Of a DNA stretch of 52,403 nt, positions 19,390 through 29,590 are shown piece after piece. Numbering within the stretch: position 1 is the first letter of the stretch; each line of letters starts with the position of its first letter. Source of the stretch: a bacterium (lineage in GTDB: Bacteria; SZUA-182; DTGQ01; JAFGSM01); the NCBI GenBank assembly GCA_049472355.1, contig JBLIRP010000016.1, forward strand, positions 1 to 52,403. The letters are read 5' to 3'. The position numbers and the translations under genes were made by a program. The notes under the pieces were generated by a model, which worked only from the letters and a program-made list of their open reading frames with translations, did not search any database and was not told the origin of the DNA.

Positions 19390-20061
19390 ATGGATGAGGT
19401 AAAGAAGACGGATCTGATGGAAAAAGGGGCGATTGTTCAGCGGGACTATCAGACCTTTGCGATCGCACCCCATCTGCCCGGGGGTATCTGTGATCCTTCT
19501 ACGCTGCGGAAAATCGCCGATGTTGCCGAGCGGTACCGGGCCAAGGCCCTGAAACTTACCTCGGCCCAGAGGATAGCGATTGTGGGGATAGAGGAAAAAG
19601 ACCTGGACGCCATATGGGCCGATCTGGAGATGAAACCCGGTGCGGCTATCGGCCTGTGCGTCAGGAGCATCAAATTCTGTCCCGGGACCACCTTTTGTAA
19701 ACGAGGTAAAATGGATTCCGTGGGCATCGGCATGAAACTGGATGAACGATACCACGGGATGCCCCTTCCCTCAAAGTTCAAGATCGGCGTATCCGGGTGC
19801 CCGAACTGCTGCGCGGAATCATGGATCAAGGATTTGGGATTGATCGGGAGCCCGAAGGGCTGGCGCGTGGTGGTGGGAGGCTGTGCAGGTGCCTCCCCGC
19901 AGATTGCGCAGTTGCTTGCGCAAGACCTTGACGATGACCGGGTGCTGGAGGTATGCGATACGGTCATTTCGTATTATGGAGGACTGGATACCAAAAGACG
20001 TTTAGGGCGTATCATAGCGGAGATGGGCATGGATGCCTTTCGGAGGGAGATCGGGATGTAA
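19390..20061 (+). CDS. Stand-alone nitrite/sulfite-reductase ferredoxin-like + 4Fe-4S domain protein
   Basis: AAGGAG RBS, ATG 19390; KLTSAQRI; RSIKFCPGTTFCKRG; KFKIGVSGCPNCCAES. Confidence 0.85.
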   Translation: MDEVKKTDLMEKGAIVQRDYQTFAIAPHLPGGICDPSTLRKIADVAERYRAKALKLTSAQRIAIVGIEEKDLDAIWADLEMKPGAAIGLCVRSIKFCPGTTFCKRGKMDSVGIGMKLDERYHGMPLPSKFKIGVSGCPNCCAESWIKDLGLIGSPKGWRVVVGGCAGASPQIAQLLAQDLDDDRVLEVCDTVISYYGGLDTKRRLGRIIAEMGMDAFRREIGM

Positions 20062-20139
20062 CATAAAAGGGATGCCTTGAGCGGTTATTATCATTTTTAA
20101 GGATGTTCATTTCGGGATGATCAAAAAAGGAGCCGGATT

Positions 20140-21636
20140 ATGAAAAGGTTACCGAGTGTCATGTGCATCGCCGTATTGTTGGTTTTTTTCCTGTCCCTGC
20201 CTGGACACAGTGCAGAGAATGGGGGAGATACGGATGAATTGAGTGTAACCGGAAGAACCGAACGGTGTCTGGGATGTCATAGGAATGCGACCCCGGGTAT
20301 TGTGGAGGACTGGTACGCCGGCCTTCATTCGAGAACCACCCCGCAGATGGCCCTTCAAAAGGACAAACTGGAACGGCGGATGTCCGCCGAACAGGTGAAT
20401 GAGAACCTGTTGAATAATGTGGTCGGATGCTATGAATGCCATGGACTCAATGTGGACCAGCACAAGGACAGCTTCAATCACTTCGGATTGAAGATCAACG
20501 TGGTGGTGAGCCCCAGGGATTGTTCCACCTGTCATCCGGTGGAGGCCAAGGAATACATACCGAGCAAAAAGGGGTTTGCGTATGGCAATCTGAAGGAGAA
20601 CCCCGTGTATCATGGCCTGGTGAAGACCATCATCAGCGTGAAAAAGACACAGGATGGAAAGGTGGTGCCCCAGGAGGCCTCGGCCTTTACGGAGATGGAT
20701 ACCTGTTTCGGCTGTCACGGCACGGACGTGAAGGTCAACGGATTGAAGAAGGTATCGGCGGGGCCTCTCAAGATTACCGTACCCGACCTGACCAACTGGC
20801 CGAACCAGGGCGTTGGCCGTCTAAATCCCGATGGCAGTCGGGGCTGCTGCTCCTCCTGCCATCCGAGGCATAGTTTTTCCATCGACATTGCGCGCAAGCC
20901 CTATACATGCGCCCAATGCCATCTGGAACCCGATGTGCCCGCCTGGAACGTCTACAAGGAGAGCAAGCACGCCAATATCTACAGCTCGAAGGAAAAATAC
21001 TGGGAGTTCAACACGGTGCCCTGGGTCCTGGGGAAGGATTTCATGGCCCCCACCTGCGCCACCTGTCATAACAGCCTTGTCACCACCCCCAAAAACAAGG
21101 TGATTGCGGAGAGGACCCACGACTTCGGGGCGCGGCTATGGGTGAGAATATTCGGGCTCATCTATTCCCATCCGCAGCCCAAGACAGGGGATACGTATGT
21201 CATCAAAAACAAGGATGGTTTGCCCCTGCCCACGGATTTCACCGGGAATTGGGCGGCGGACTATCTGATCGATGAAAGGGAGCAGGAATCCAGAAAACAG
21301 GCCATGACGAACGTCTGTAATGCATGCCACAGCACCAGTTGGGTGGACGGGCACTTTGCAAAGCTCGACTCCACGATAAAGGAGACCGATCAGATGGTGC
21401 TCGGCGCCACCCTGCTGTTGACCGATGCATGGGGAAAGAACCTGGCTGACAATCAGAACCCCTTTGATGAGACCATCGAACATCTATGGGCTGCGCAATG
21501 GCTGTTCTATGCAAATTCAATCCGCTATGCATCCGCCATGACCGGGGCTCCTGATTATGCCACATTCAAGAACGGTTGGTGGGATATGACCAGGAACCTG
21601 AAGGTCATGGAAGACTGGATCACCATGCATCAGTAG
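20140..21636 (+). CDS. Octaheme cytochrome c, hydroxylamine-oxidoreductase (HAO) family
   Basis: Signal peptide; 8 CxxCH motifs (CLGCH, CYECH, CSTCH, CFGCH, CSSCH, CAQCH, CATCH, CNACH); NWPNQGVGRLNPDGSRGCCSSCHPRHSF; YKESKH. Confidence 0.88.
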   Translation: MKRLPSVMCIAVLLVFFLSLPGHSAENGGDTDELSVTGRTERCLGCHRNATPGIVEDWYAGLHSRTTPQMALQKDKLERRMSAEQVNENLLNNVVGCYECHGLNVDQHKDSFNHFGLKINVVVSPRDCSTCHPVEAKEYIPSKKGFAYGNLKENPVYHGLVKTIISVKKTQDGKVVPQEASAFTEMDTCFGCHGTDVKVNGLKKVSAGPLKITVPDLTNWPNQGVGRLNPDGSRGCCSSCHPRHSFSIDIARKPYTCAQCHLEPDVPAWNVYKESKHANIYSSKEKYWEFNTVPWVLGKDFMAPTCATCHNSLVTTPKNKVIAERTHDFGARLWVRIFGLIYSHPQPKTGDTYVIKNKDGLPLPTDFTGNWAADYLIDEREQESRKQAMTNVCNACHSTSWVDGHFAKLDSTIKETDQMVLGATLLLTDAWGKNLADNQNPFDETIEHLWAAQWLFYANSIRYASAMTGAPDYATFKNGWWDMTRNLKVMEDWITMHQ

Positions 21637-21783
21637 CCTTTCTTCATGAACGGAATCAATAAGGATACAATGAAATGATTGCTGGGATCGATTTTCAGAA
21701 ATACGGAAGGTGTTTTGTCCGTAATGATGATCATCGAACGATTTAAATCTCAATACACGTATACATGGATCAGGGGGCATACA

Positions 21784-22854
21784 ATGAAAACGGGAATACA
21801 GAGGATCATGATCATAGTGCTGGGCGTGATTTTGGGCATCGGTGTGATCTGCGTCAGAACTGACGCATTGATCAAACCGGGGGACGCCTTCCCCGGGATG
21901 TCCTTCGACCTGTCCTCCAACAAGAAGGCCCAGGAATACCTCGGCATCAGAAGGGGCAAGACCATCGAGCTGTCCCAGATCGATGCAGACCTGTTGATCG
22001 TCGAGGTGATGAGCGTGTACTGCGTTTCATGCATGAGCCAGACCGCCTATGACCGGGAGCTTTTCACCATGATAGAGGGGAACAACCGGACTGCCGGGAA
22101 GGTGAAGATGATCGGGATCGGCGCAGGGAACAACCTGAGAGAGGTGAATAAATTTGTCGAGGAGTTTGATGTGCCGTACCCTGTCTTCCCTGATTTTGAA
22201 TTCTCCAGATACAATCAGGTCGGCCAGGTAAGGACCCCGTTCAAGATCTTTATGAAAAAGAAACCGGACGGTACATTTCGTGTGATCGAAACGGAGCAGG
22301 GTGCCCGCGAGGATGTGAAGCGAACCTTCGGGATGATCGTTGCGATGCTCGACGGCAGATACTCCCCCGAAGGGGAGGTGGAAGCAGCGTCCATGAAGCT
22401 CAAGGAGGTCGATCAGGACGTCGTGGAGCAGCTTCTGAAGGAGTGGCTGGACCGGAATGGAGAGACCTTGACGGTCAAGGAGCTTTTCGAGGAGTCCGGG
22501 ATGACGGTCTATAAGATCGGTTCCAAGGAAAAGCAATTCGCCGTTCTGGTGAATCGGGTGTCTACCTGTGACGTGTGCAAGGAGGTTCAATTCCTGTACA
22601 TCGTGGACCGGTTGGGAAACGTAAGGGATATCATCCCGATTCATTTGAGCAAACTCTATAATGAAACCTTCAATGAAGAGGATGTATCGAAAATCAAGGG
22701 CAATATCATCGCCCGGAATGTGAGGGAGACAATCCCGTTCAATCCGGCTGTGGATGCGGTCAGTTCAGCTACCATCACCTCGGGATTGATGTATGACTCC
22801 ATCAACAAAGGGGCCTTGATCTACAGGCGATTGATCGAAAAGGGATTCATTTGA
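21784..22854 (+). CDS. Exported TlpA/thioredoxin-like protein fused to an FMN-binding-like domain
   Basis: Signal/TM; YCVSC thioredoxin motif and RTP cis-Pro; C-terminal CDVC and DAVSSATITS, resembling the flavinylation motif. Confidence 0.75.
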   Translation: MKTGIQRIMIIVLGVILGIGVICVRTDALIKPGDAFPGMSFDLSSNKKAQEYLGIRRGKTIELSQIDADLLIVEVMSVYCVSCMSQTAYDRELFTMIEGNNRTAGKVKMIGIGAGNNLREVNKFVEEFDVPYPVFPDFEFSRYNQVGQVRTPFKIFMKKKPDGTFRVIETEQGAREDVKRTFGMIVAMLDGRYSPEGEVEAASMKLKEVDQDVVEQLLKEWLDRNGETLTVKELFEESGMTVYKIGSKEKQFAVLVNRVSTCDVCKEVQFLYIVDRLGNVRDIIPIHLSKLYNETFNEEDVSKIKGNIIARNVRETIPFNPAVDAVSSATITSGLMYDSINKGALIYRRLIEKGFI

Positions 22855-22948
22855 TCGGGTGAGAAATAACCCCCGGTCATAATGGAGGTGAAACCCTACG
22901 GTTCCTTTCCCCGCCGGTTCATAAAAATCGATGCAACCCTTTATTATG

Positions 22949-22979
22949 GATACGCTTGCCTGCTGCGGGATGATTTATT
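22949..22979 (+). repeat. Palindromic repeat family C, degenerate end
   Basis: GATACGCTTGCCTGCTGCGGGATGATTTATT resembles 8319-8352 and 33097-33130. Confidence 0.45.
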
Positions 22980-23252
22980 TCTTGCGTTGATCGATCCGTA
23001 AGGCCTGCCTGAGAAGGAGCTTCTTTATTCGGACGATACAATAATGAAAGGGATCGGTAGTGATCCATCCGGGATGGCAAGGACACCCCGGTCATAACGT
23101 GTCACAGCATACCCGGTAGGTTCATGAGCCCGTAGTCCATCCCGACTTCGTCCGCTCACTCCCGGCACAAGCGGCATTAATCGTGACATGAACATCTTTA
23201 ATGCGTTGTGTCCATGGGTTTGGCAGGGACCGGGTGATGCAGGATGCGGTTT

Positions 23253-23443
23253 TTTCATCTGAAAATTCCCCAGGATTTTCATGCTTCCTTGTGAGCCGAA
23301 GGCTCATGAGCGTTTCACTTCTACATTCTACATTCTACATTCGATATTCGCAGTTTCATCAGGCTCATGTGCGTTTCATCTGAAAATCCCTATTGGGCAT
23401 TTTCATGCCTCTTTGTGAGACGAAGTCTCATGAATGTTTCACT
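23253..23443 (+). repeat. Composite repeat family A, copy 2 (about 1.5 tandem units)
   Basis: tttcatctgaaaat...gtgagccgaaggctcatgagcgtttcac-(ttctaca)x3-ttcgata-ttcgcag..., then a second partial unit ending beside the stop of the 23445 gene. Confidence 0.9.
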
Positions 23444-23444
23444 A

Positions 23445-25232
23445 TCAATATTGATAGGCCCTGCACAGCGCGATCCGGGTGTCGATTTTTTTGATCAACT
23501 GGTTGTATTGTATACCCCCGACCCCGCCGTATACGGATTCAAGTTCCCTGGCGGATATGTTTTCCGGCAGGTCATCGGTTGGCGGGAAGAAGTCCTCGAT
23601 GCGGAAATTGTAATTGATCTTCAACTGCATCATGAGTGCGGAGGATTTGTCCCGTGTGGCAACCGATGCGAAAGTGGCGCCCGCCCTGTCAGCAAGCAGG
23701 TCTGCAAACGAGAACCCGGACCCTCGCGGCCTGGCGTCGAGTTCTTCCTTAAGCAGCCCGATTGCATCGCTCGTCATGACATTCGAGAGCACCTCCAGTG
23801 CCGCGCTCACCGTGAAGTGCCTGGCCCAGTCCCTTCTGCCCCGGATGGCCACGGCTGCAAGGCGCCTTCTTGCCTTAAACGGGATGCGATCCTTCGGCAT
23901 GCCGGCTATGAATGCTTGTATGCGCTCGTGACCGAGCAGAATGCCCAGCGCCAGAATGGCACCGGAGTTTTCCGTAACAGGGTCTCCGTTGATGGAACGT
24001 TTCTCCGCAATCCCAAAAGAGGCCTTGAAACAATCCTCCAAGGACAGGGGTTCCTTTTCGTTCCGGAGGGCCAACCGGATAAGGCCGGTGATTTGTTCGC
24101 GTGTTGCCTGGGCGATTTCACCGCTCAATCCTATTCGTGCGGCCACATCCGCGGCATAGGTATCGGAGAGGTTTACGCGGCCATAACGAATCGACAGCTC
24201 TCCGGGGATGACCTGACAATGATGGATCGCCCGGTACAGTGGATTGATGTGCGGATCGTTAAAAAATACATGGAGTAGGACCGAGGAAAGGGGTTGGAGT
24301 ATACACCGCGGCACTGACATCTCGCCCACGGCAAGCCATAAGGGCCGTATGCGAAGATCCGTGTCATAATGAACCATCGCTTCACCATGCACATTGAGGT
24401 ATCTGAGCCGCCCGTACGAGACCGGAAGCTCCAAGGAGACAAAGAGCCCTACGATGTCCCTTTCAAAAAGGAGCCGAGCCTTGCGCCCCTTCGACCCGAT
24501 GGATAGACCCCAGGCAAGGAGCTTGTTTGCCGCGTCCTCGGTAAGGGTAACGCTCACGGCGCCATCCGGCGCTATCTCCCTCGGGTCCTTGCCCCGAAGC
24601 AACTCCACGAGCTGTCTCTTATCCTCTGAGCTATAGCGGGCAGGGTGAAACGGCAGGGGTGAGCCCTCCAGACCCCGCCATACAATGACTGCACACAGGG
24701 ATATGACAATAAGCAGGAGCACGGCGGTCTTGCCAAGGAGCCATCGGATGGCGTTTTCCCTTCTCAAAAGGCTCATGCCGAGCCACAGCCCGATGAGGCA
24801 CCCCAAACAGGGCATGATCATGCCGATTACCACGGCGTGCGCGGGTGAGAAGCCCGATCGAACAGCCGTGAAAAGGAGAGCGATCGATAATGAAAGAAAA
24901 AGGGCGCAGAACAGATATATGATTCTGCGAAAGACACGGGCTTCGATCATTGCGGGTGAGATGCTCGCCACAAGAAGGATTCCGAGGGGAATGAAGAGAA
25001 GCGTAACGCCAAGGGCACTGCCGGTTCGTTTCAAGATCCACAGCAATAATGCCGTGGTATTTTGCAGTTTCCATATCGGGATGCTCCCCGAGCGACCTGC
25101 CACGGCTCCCCAAACGGCGATAAGGGTGAGTATACACAGGTAGACGAGAAGCGCCCGCCTCGCCGCCCCGGGGGCGAGAAACCCCTTCCTGCACGTTGGA
25201 TAACGATTCCTGCTCTCTCTCACTTCCGGCAC
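23445..25232 (-). CDS. Membrane protein, VanZ-like N-terminal TM region plus conserved C-terminal helical domain
   Basis: About 5 N-terminal TM helices (LLFIPLG); C-terminal motifs RRDWARHFTVSAAL and IGLLKEELDA..GSGFSFADLLADRAG. Confidence 0.7.
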   Translation of the reverse strand: MPEVRESRNRYPTCRKGFLAPGAARRALLVYLCILTLIAVWGAVAGRSGSIPIWKLQNTTALLLWILKRTGSALGVTLLFIPLGILLVASISPAMIEARVFRRIIYLFCALFLSLSIALLFTAVRSGFSPAHAVVIGMIMPCLGCLIGLWLGMSLLRRENAIRWLLGKTAVLLLIVISLCAVIVWRGLEGSPLPFHPARYSSEDKRQLVELLRGKDPREIAPDGAVSVTLTEDAANKLLAWGLSIGSKGRKARLLFERDIVGLFVSLELPVSYGRLRYLNVHGEAMVHYDTDLRIRPLWLAVGEMSVPRCILQPLSSVLLHVFFNDPHINPLYRAIHHCQVIPGELSIRYGRVNLSDTYAADVAARIGLSGEIAQATREQITGLIRLALRNEKEPLSLEDCFKASFGIAEKRSINGDPVTENSGAILALGILLGHERIQAFIAGMPKDRIPFKARRRLAAVAIRGRRDWARHFTVSAALEVLSNVMTSDAIGLLKEELDARPRGSGFSFADLLADRAGATFASVATRDKSSALMMQLKINYNFRIEDFFPPTDDLPENISARELESVYGGVGGIQYNQLIKKIDTRIALCRAYQY

Positions 25233-25616
25233 CCAAGGGGGAGATGTAGTCGTATCGATTGAGATCGACCGTAGGGATAACCGTTTTAAACACCCATGAT
25301 CCTTCGATCACCACGAAGGACGAACGTCTTTAAAAACACATTATCGGTTGATGACTTTCACAAGAAATATTCTATAGAAAGCATAATACAGGCACAAGGA
25401 CTAGTCAATAACCTATTGAATGTATTTTAAAAATAATGAATTGTGTCACACGCAGCAATACCTCGAAGAAGGTGCACAGGCAGGTACGCAGCACAGATGC
25501 TTGACACACGTGTGCGGTCCGTTTGACACACCTCCCCTCCATGAATTATACTTTTTCATAAAAAAACAAACAGTTTCAAGGCCACGGCATAATTTCAACG
25601 ACCAAGGGGTGAATGC

Positions 25617-26885
25617 ATGAGCAATCTCGTCAATCCACACGGAAGCAAGGAGCTTAAGCCACTGTTGCTCGAGGGACAGGAGAGGGAAGGGGAACGCAGC
25701 AAGGCCGGGGGGCTGAAACGGGTTCCCATGACCACGCGGGAGACCTCGGACCTGATCATGATGGGGATCGGCGCCTTTACCCCCCTCGACGGCTTTATGG
25801 GCCACGATGACTGGAAGGGGGTGTGCGGCGATTGTGTACTGCCCTCAAAGGGCGGCCTGTTCTGGCCCATCCCCATCACCCTTTCCGCGGACAAGGCGAT
25901 TGCCGGTTCGATCGGCATCGGTGACGAGGTGGCCCTGTGGGACACGGAGACGGAAACGATCATGGGCACCATGAAGGTGGCCGAAAAATACGAAATTGAT
26001 AAGGAGTACGAGTGCACGCAGGTCTTTGCCACTGCGGACGAGGCCCACCCGGGGGTGCAGAAGGTGATGTCCCAGGGAGAAGTGAACCTTGCGGGCGCTG
26101 TCCAGGTCCTGTCCGAGTCCTACTACCCTGAAATGTTCAAGGGGATCTACCACAGGCCCGCTGATGCCAGGAAGCTCTTTGAGGAGCGCGGGTGGGAGAC
26201 CGTGGCCGCGCTTCAGCTTCGCAATCCCATGCACAACTCTCACGCATATCTTGCCTGGATCGCCATCGAGGTGTGTGACGGCGTATACATCCACCAGTTG
26301 CTGGGAAGGCTGAAGGAGGGGGACATCCCCGCACAGGTGCGGGTCAGGGCGATCGATGCCCTGGTCAATACGTACTTTCGCAGGGAGCGGGTCCTCCAGG
26401 GGGGATATCCCATGGAGATGCGCTATGCAGGGCCGCGCGAGGCCCTTTTGCATGCGGTGTTCCGCCAGAACTACGGGTGCAGCCACCTGATCGTGGGCCG
26501 GGATCACGCCGGGGTCGGCGACTACTACGGCCCCTTCGATGCGCAGCGGATCTTCCGGACGATTCCCAGGGATGCCCTGGAGATCAGGCCCTTGCCCCTC
26601 GACTGGACCTTCTACTGCTATAAGTGCGGCACCATGGCCTCGATGAAGACGTGCCCCCATGAAGAAAGGGCGGTGATCGACGAGAACGGTCAGTACAAGG
26701 GGGGCGCTCGGCTCCTTCTTTCAGGCACGATGCTCCGGAAACTGCTCTGTGAGGGGAAGCCGGTGCCAAAGGAGTTTTCGAAGCCGGAGGTGGTGGCCAT
26801 CCTGAAGGAGTACTACTGCAGCCTCGACGAGAAGCCGGAGGTAAAGCTCCACGGCGCTGCAACCGGCGAGGTGAAGAAGGGGTAG
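25617..26885 (+). CDS. sat: Sulfate adenylyltransferase (ATP sulfurylase)
   Basis: [44 protein letters not shown], Zn motif CYKC...CPH. Confidence 0.95.
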   Translation: MSNLVNPHGSKELKPLLLEGQEREGERSKAGGLKRVPMTTRETSDLIMMGIGAFTPLDGFMGHDDWKGVCGDCVLPSKGGLFWPIPITLSADKAIAGSIGIGDEVALWDTETETIMGTMKVAEKYEIDKEYECTQVFATADEAHPGVQKVMSQGEVNLAGAVQVLSESYYPEMFKGIYHRPADARKLFEERGWETVAALQLRNPMHNSHAYLAWIAIEVCDGVYIHQLLGRLKEGDIPAQVRVRAIDALVNTYFRRERVLQGGYPMEMRYAGPREALLHAVFRQNYGCSHLIVGRDHAGVGDYYGPFDAQRIFRTIPRDALEIRPLPLDWTFYCYKCGTMASMKTCPHEERAVIDENGQYKGGARLLLSGTMLRKLLCEGKPVPKEFSKPEVVAILKEYYCSLDEKPEVKLHGAATGEVKKG

Positions 26886-26974
26886 CCCGTATATCGGAAG
26901 AACCGGCATTGTCTTTTTCCCCTCGCAGTCCATTGTTAATGGTTCGTCTATCGCGACCTTTGTGCGTCAATCTC

Positions 26975-27107
26975 GATGGAATAGTAAAAAGTCGATGTTA
27001 CCCTTTTTAGTCATTCCGTGCTTGACACGGAATTCAGTGTTTTCAATTAGTTCTGGACTCCGGCCTTCGCCGGAGTGACAGGTCTGACGACTTTTTACGA
27101 GGCCATC
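26975..27107 (-). mobile_element. MITE family B, copy 2
   Basis: GATGGAATAGTAAAAAGTC ... GACTTTTTACGAGGCCATC; flanks aatctc/aatctt. Confidence 0.85.
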
Positions 27108-27162
27108 AATCTTGAATGATCGAACGGGCGGATGCCCGGCAGGTACGCAATGCGGGCTGGTC

Positions 27163-29223
27163 TTAACCGCGCAAGGCAGGGTTATGGGTTGCCAGGTAGC
27201 GTTCGAGTCCGGCAGCCTCCGCAATTGCGAGCGCCTCTTCCCAGGATACATTTGCCTTTTTTCTCAATGCCTCCAGAATCCGTATGATGGATAGCGCCAC
27301 CTCGCTTGCCTGTTTACCCGATCGGGAGACAAAATCCATGGCATCGAACAGCACGGCATTGGCCTGTGCATAGGTGACCGGCGGTGTATTGCCGTTCCTT
27401 TTGATCCATTCATCCTGTGATACCGTATCGTTCACGTGACTCACGATGAGATGGGTTGCCCTGCCGATGAGCTTCAAATTGCTGGGATCAACGCCGGTCA
27501 TCGTGTTTCCCACCACCCTGCCCATCCGTGCCATCACCCCGGTGGAATGGGCATTCAGGAGGATCTTGAGGGCCATGTGCCTGTTCAGATTCAGCGGGTC
27601 ACCGGTGCGGTCCATGGGGATATGAATGACCACGTCATGATCCTGGTCGAGCGGCAACCGGCTGAGGATGCGCTTCACCTGGGAAGGAGCCGTATCACCG
27701 ATCAATATAAGCGCCAGCCCGGCGTTTCTTTCCTTGAAGAGGCTGACCACCCGGTTGAACGAGGCGGACGGATCGGTAAGTGCATCGATCTCCTCGTCCA
27801 TACATACCATGACGCCCAGGTCACCCTCCTGAGGCCCTCTCTTTTCGATATTTCCTTGGGACAGGGAAAGATCATACAGCCGTTTCTGGTCGTTTCCCGC
27901 ATGCGAAAGGCTCCTCAGGGCAACCTCTTTAAGCCAGGGGTCGTCAATCCGGCGTATAAAATGGGATCTATAGAAGGGTATGTCCAATCCCCTGAAGTCC
28001 CTTCCCAGGAAATTGCGCCATGCCTGGAGATATTCCCTCCCCTCGGTCCATACCTGCACCCAGCATTTCCTCTCCGTTTCCCGGACCGTATCCAGGGGAT
28101 GAAGACGGAACGTGGGGCTTCGTTCCGTACAGTCGATAAAAACGGTGATGAGCGCCTGGAGTGCACAATAGGTCGCCCGTTTTGCACCTGCATAGGTTGC
28201 GGATTCGAGGAGGGTGAGCCTCCCCAGGTCCTCCAATGAGGACAGTACGGATCTCCTGATATCATCAAAAAAGAGCAATCGTTCTGCAATGCCTGTTGTG
28301 GCGGGAAAACCGAGCCCGGTCAATTCATTCTCATCCAGAAATCCCCCCAGTATGTCGCGGATCGTCTCCTCCAGAATAATGCCCATGATATATGTCTCGG
28401 CGGTGGTGGCCTGCATCCGGGTGGAGCCGGCGATCGCCTGGGGCCCGGTGGTCAGGTTGATCTTTGTGAAGGCAGGGTTCTCGATCACCGACCGGCTTCG
28501 GGTAAAGGGCATGAGCATGTCATCCGGGTTGTTATACAGAAAATAGAGATGCTGCCGTGCCTCCTCGATTCCCTCCGGGGTGTGTGTCCCATACCGCGCC
28601 AGGGCGGCCAGCATCGCCCCGATCACCGATGATGTCTCCCCTCCCTCGGTGATACAGAATACGACATCGCCTTGTTCCACCCTTCGTTCCTCGATCTGGA
28701 GCCTTCCCACCAGTTGGAGGTCCTCGAATCCTTCCAGGGAGCTGATCAGGGCCCGGTCCCCCCCGGTCATCACCCCGATGAGGCGGTCCTCGATATCCTC
28801 AAAGAGTGCCCCCTTCAATCGCCCCCGTAATTCCCCCCGCATGATCCTTTTCCAGAAAGGCCGCCAGAGGGCGCTTTCCATCTGTTTTGCCAGACGGCCG
28901 GTGGCGCCGCACCCATAGACCACGATCCTTTTCCCCTGCCGTACGGCTGTGCTCACAGCCCGGGCGGCCTGTACGAGAACGGCTGGATCACGGGCCAGGT
29001 GATGGAATCGTGCCGCAATGTCCTCATCTATGGAAAGGATCTGTGCAAGGCCTTCCTGCACATCTGACTTTATGGCGGAGCTCAGGTTCCAGGTTTTGGG
29101 ATGTCTTTGCTCGGTGATGAGGGTATGGACCTGGAACCGCCCTTTATTGGTGACGTAATCGATGGAAAGCGCAGATGGTGTGATATCGAGCAGTGACAGG
29201 ATATCAGGATCTTCTCTGTTCAC
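27163..29223 (-). CDS. Extended MurQ/glucokinase-regulator-like SIS-domain protein (686 aa)
   Basis: LITEQRHP, YGCGATGRL, MTGGDRAL..EGFED, TTGPQAIAGSTRMQATT, KILLNAHSTGVMARMGRVVGNTM..VDPSNLKLIGRA. Confidence 0.8.
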   Translation of the reverse strand: MNREDPDILSLLDITPSALSIDYVTNKGRFQVHTLITEQRHPKTWNLSSAIKSDVQEGLAQILSIDEDIAARFHHLARDPAVLVQAARAVSTAVRQGKRIVVYGCGATGRLAKQMESALWRPFWKRIMRGELRGRLKGALFEDIEDRLIGVMTGGDRALISSLEGFEDLQLVGRLQIEERRVEQGDVVFCITEGGETSSVIGAMLAALARYGTHTPEGIEEARQHLYFLYNNPDDMLMPFTRSRSVIENPAFTKINLTTGPQAIAGSTRMQATTAETYIMGIILEETIRDILGGFLDENELTGLGFPATTGIAERLLFFDDIRRSVLSSLEDLGRLTLLESATYAGAKRATYCALQALITVFIDCTERSPTFRLHPLDTVRETERKCWVQVWTEGREYLQAWRNFLGRDFRGLDIPFYRSHFIRRIDDPWLKEVALRSLSHAGNDQKRLYDLSLSQGNIEKRGPQEGDLGVMVCMDEEIDALTDPSASFNRVVSLFKERNAGLALILIGDTAPSQVKRILSRLPLDQDHDVVIHIPMDRTGDPLNLNRHMALKILLNAHSTGVMARMGRVVGNTMTGVDPSNLKLIGRATHLIVSHVNDTVSQDEWIKRNGNTPPVTYAQANAVLFDAMDFVSRSGKQASEVALSIIRILEALRKKANVSWEEALAIAEAAGLERYLATHNPALRG

Positions 29224-29590
29224 CGGGTATTCCTTGTACGTTCCATTTTTTATTGCCGGTTATCCGCTGGGTACACGGCCCCATTCCCCTTTCATCCCTG
29301 ATGTGCCATTCCATCACTTGATCGGGAAATATGAGCCATTCCTTCATCCTGACGTATTCTGTTGTCTCATGATTTATTCGTGTCGGCCGATATCCGCACG
29401 ATATGGATCCTGCAGCATGCGATGCCGTAATGCGGACCGTGATTGCAGCATCGAAATCCTATTTTCAATTCTTCGTGCGCCTTAATCCCTATGTCAGCGG
29501 CGTATCCGATCATGGGGCATGCGTCGCATCCAGCAATGAATACCTTGCTATGCTTGCCATGCCATCCATTTTGGTATTAAATAAGACCCC

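Noticed and set aside
25346..25363. Rex operator upstream of sat
   Set aside because: Only one half-site (TTCACAA) matches.
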